The notes under the pieces: generated by a model | Database searches by the model: none | Told to the model about the DNA's origin: nothing | The model's input: the letters and a program-made list of their open reading frames with translations, nothing else | Assembly: GCA_016779505.1 (NCBI GenBank) | Contig: JADHNM010000002.1 | Coordinates: 1-48,091, forward strand | Length of the DNA stretch: 48,091 nt | DNA from: SAR86 cluster bacterium | GTDB lineage: Bacteria > Pseudomonadota > Gammaproteobacteria > Magnimaribacterales > D2472 | Direction: 5' to 3' | Translations under genes and position numbers: made by a program | Part shown: in pieces, positions 46,112 through 48,091 of the stretch | Position numbering within the stretch: position 1 is the first letter of the stretch | Layout: every line of letters begins with the position of its first letter

Positions 46112-48091
46112 ATTTTGGTATCTCTTCAAGCATAATCATTCCATTATACCCAGTAGGCAATACTCTCCCACGCTTGGCTCTTGAAGAAATATACTCTTCT
46201 AGATCTTTTAGGGTCCATGTTTTTCCGCCAGTTTTACCTTCATGATGAATATGAAGCTTGCTATCTTCTGCAAGACAGCAAACATCCATCATGAACTCAG
46301 ATTTTTCTTTAAAGGCTTTGGTGGAAATACTAATTAGTTTATTTCCCTTGCCCTTGGGAAGAACTGGTAATTCTTCTATAGGAAAAATTAACATTTTATT
46401 GCTTACCTTGCCTTTGTTATCCTGCGAGGAAAAAGTTGCAGCAACAAATTTATGATTTTCATTGATTGCAACTGGAGAAATGACGCTGGCTCCATCGGGA
46501 GTCTTCATAAACTGTTTTCCTTTTTTTTGGTTTGAAATTGCATTAGACAAATTGCTAATAAAACCAAAGCCTGCCGAATTGGAAATTAAGATCTTAGATT
46601 CCTCGATTCCAACAGCAACACCCTCAAATGTAACGCCTGACTCAGCAACAACTCGTCCTGTTAATGGCTCGCCCATTCCTCTTGCAGACGGTAATGAATG
46701 AGCAGGCAATGAAAATGCCTTGCCGCCAGAATCAAAAAAAACAGCAGTCTGGTTATTTCTCCCTTTGGCAAAATGCTGCAACTTATCATCCCCTCTATAG
46801 GTAAGACTATTTGGATCAATATCATGACCTTTGGCTGATCTGATCCAACCCGCTTTAGATAAAATGACAGTAACTGCTTCTGATGTAACCACCTCTTCTT
46901 CAGAAAATGCCCTGGCATCTGAAGCCGACTCAATTGGAGAATTTCTGTCGTCTCCAAAATTTTCTTTAATTTCTATCAGTTCGTTTTTAATGTAAGTTTT
47001 TAACCTAGCTTTTGATTTAATAATTTTTTCAAGCTCAGATCGTTCGGTTTCTAACGAGCCTTTTTCTTCTTCAAGCTTAATTTGCTCCAACTTAGCTAAC
47101 TGCCTCAAACGAATTTCTAAAATTGCATTTGTCTGTATCTCTGAAATCTTAAAAACTTTCATTAATTCGTTTTTGGGGTCATCGCTATTTCTTATAATGT
47201 GAATAACTTTGTCTAGGTCTAAATAAACTATTAATAAACCTTCTAAAATATGAATTCTATCGTGCACCTGATCCAATCTATGCTCAAGTTTCCTCATTAC
47301 AGTTTGTTGCCTGAACTTAAGCCATTCAGCTATCAAATCCTTTAGAGCAAATACTCTAGGAGATCCTTGCAAGCTAATTAAATTCATGTTTGCTCGATAA
47401 TTCTTTTGTAAATCTGTAGTTGCAAAAAGATGGTTCATTACTTCTGTAGCATCTACGCGATTAGACTTTAAAGAAATTACCAGTCTGACTGGCTCTTTAT
47501 GATCTCCCTCATCCCTTAAATCGACCACCATGGGAAGTTTTTTCTTTTGCATTTGATCAGCAATTTGTTCAAGAATTTTTGAACCAGAGGCTTGATGAGG
47601 TAAAGCTCTTACAACAATATCATTGCCCTCAGTATCCCAGTGAGCCCTGATCTTAAATCCACCTCTGCCAGTTTCATACATCTCAACAAGCTCTTCAGTA
47701 GAAACGATGATTGGCGCTGCATTGCTAAAATCTGGGCCTTGAATAAATTTTAATAGATCTTTTGTTGTGGCCTTTGGATTATCCAAAACATGTATACATG
47801 CATCTAAAATTTCATTTATGTTATGAGATGGGATATCGGTTGCCATGCCAACAGCAATGCCCGTGGTGCCATTTAAAAGAATGCTTGGTATCTTCGCAGG
47901 CAGAATTGTAGGCTCGAGCAATGAACCATCAAAATTAGGCTGCCAATCAACTGTTCCAAGCTTTAATTCAGAAAGAAGTAAATCAGCAAAACCTGTAAGT
48001 TTCGATTCTGTGTATCGCATTGCAGCAAATGATTTAGGATCATCTTGAGTGCCCCAGTTTCCCTGCCCATCCACCAGCGGATATCTAAATG
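46089..48091 (-). CDS. parC: DNA topoisomerase IV subunit A (5' end lies beyond the right edge)
   Basis: The frame stays open to the window edge ([13 protein letters not shown]...). [11 protein letters not shown] carries the catalytic Tyr, and [15 protein letters not shown] is present. The C-terminal length after the DGQGNWG block fits ParC rather than GyrA. Confidence 0.9.
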   Translation of the reverse strand, partial: FRYPLVDGQGNWGTQDDPKSFAAMRYTESKLTGFADLLLSELKLGTVDWQPNFDGSLLEPTILPAKIPSILLNGTTGIAVGMATDIPSHNINEILDACIHVLDNPKATTKDLLKFIQGPDFSNAAPIIVSTEELVEMYETGRGGFKIRAHWDTEGNDIVVRALPHQASGSKILEQIADQMQKKKLPMVVDLRDEGDHKEPVRLVISLKSNRVDATEVMNHLFATTDLQKNYRANMNLISLQGSPRVFALKDLIAEWLKFRQQTVMRKLEHRLDQVHDRIHILEGLLIVYLDLDKVIHIIRNSDDPKNELMKVFKISEIQTNAILEIRLRQLAKLEQIKLEEEKGSLETERSELEKIIKSKARLKTYIKNELIEIKENFGDDRNSPIESASDARAFSEEEVVTSEAVTVILSKAGWIRSAKGHDIDPNSLTYRGDDKLQHFAKGRNNQTAVFFDSGGKAFSLPAHSLPSARGMGEPLTGRVVAESGVTFEGVAVGIEESKILISNSAGFGFISNLSNAISNQKKGKQFMKTPDGASVISPVAINENHKFVAATFSSQDNKGKVSNKMLIFPIEELPVLPKGKGNKLISISTKAFKEKSEFMMDVCCLAEDSKLHIHHEGKTGGKTWTLKDLEEYISSRAKRGRVLPTGYNGMIMLEEIPKSSEAAPE

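Overview
This 48.1-kb window is a very AT-rich, extremely compact stretch of chromosome. From the ORF coordinates I count about 1.1 kb of non-coding DNA, roughly 2-3%. The left edge holds the 5' end of a 16S rRNA gene on the minus strand with gammaproteobacterial signature blocks. Gene order also fits Gammaproteobacteria: rluD/bamD divergent, trxA-rho, aroQ-accB-accC, leuS-lptE-holA, and rsfS-rlmH-mrdA-rodA. My inference is a streamlined, probably marine free-living gammaproteobacterium, but I cannot name the clade from about 120 nt of 16S.

Most genes are core housekeeping:
- branched-chain amino-acid synthesis (ilvIH-ilvC, ilvD)
- haem synthesis (hemC, hemD, hemB)
- rho and trxA
- accBC and aroQ
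- leuS, lptE and holA
- a peptidoglycan elongation block (rsfS, rlmH, mrdA, rodA, mltB, a PBP5/6-type carboxypeptidase and a class IV aminotransferase)
- mpl, a PPi-type phosphofructokinase, argD and a 5'-truncated parC

The only accessory-looking stretch is about 5.5-16 kb. It holds a beta-lactamase-fold hydrolase, an alanine/glycine symporter, a GATase, a TetR-flanked MFP-RND-cupin-TauD string, and a DUF4399/flavin reductase pair.

I see no CRISPR array, tRNA, IS or transposase, integrase, phage genes, recognisable defence system or toxin-antitoxin pair, and no obvious compositional island. I therefore cannot claim a clear novel system. The best leads are:
1. The efflux-plus-dioxygenase operon and its twin palindromic operators.
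2. An uncharacterised 374-aa protein wedged into the otherwise conserved leuS-lptE-holA unit.
3. A stand-alone DsbD-alpha domain.
4. An orphan YejF-type double ABC ATPase coupled to an esterase.
5. The genome architecture itself: all 8 convergent gene junctions abut or overlap by up to 41 nt, leaving no room for intrinsic terminators.
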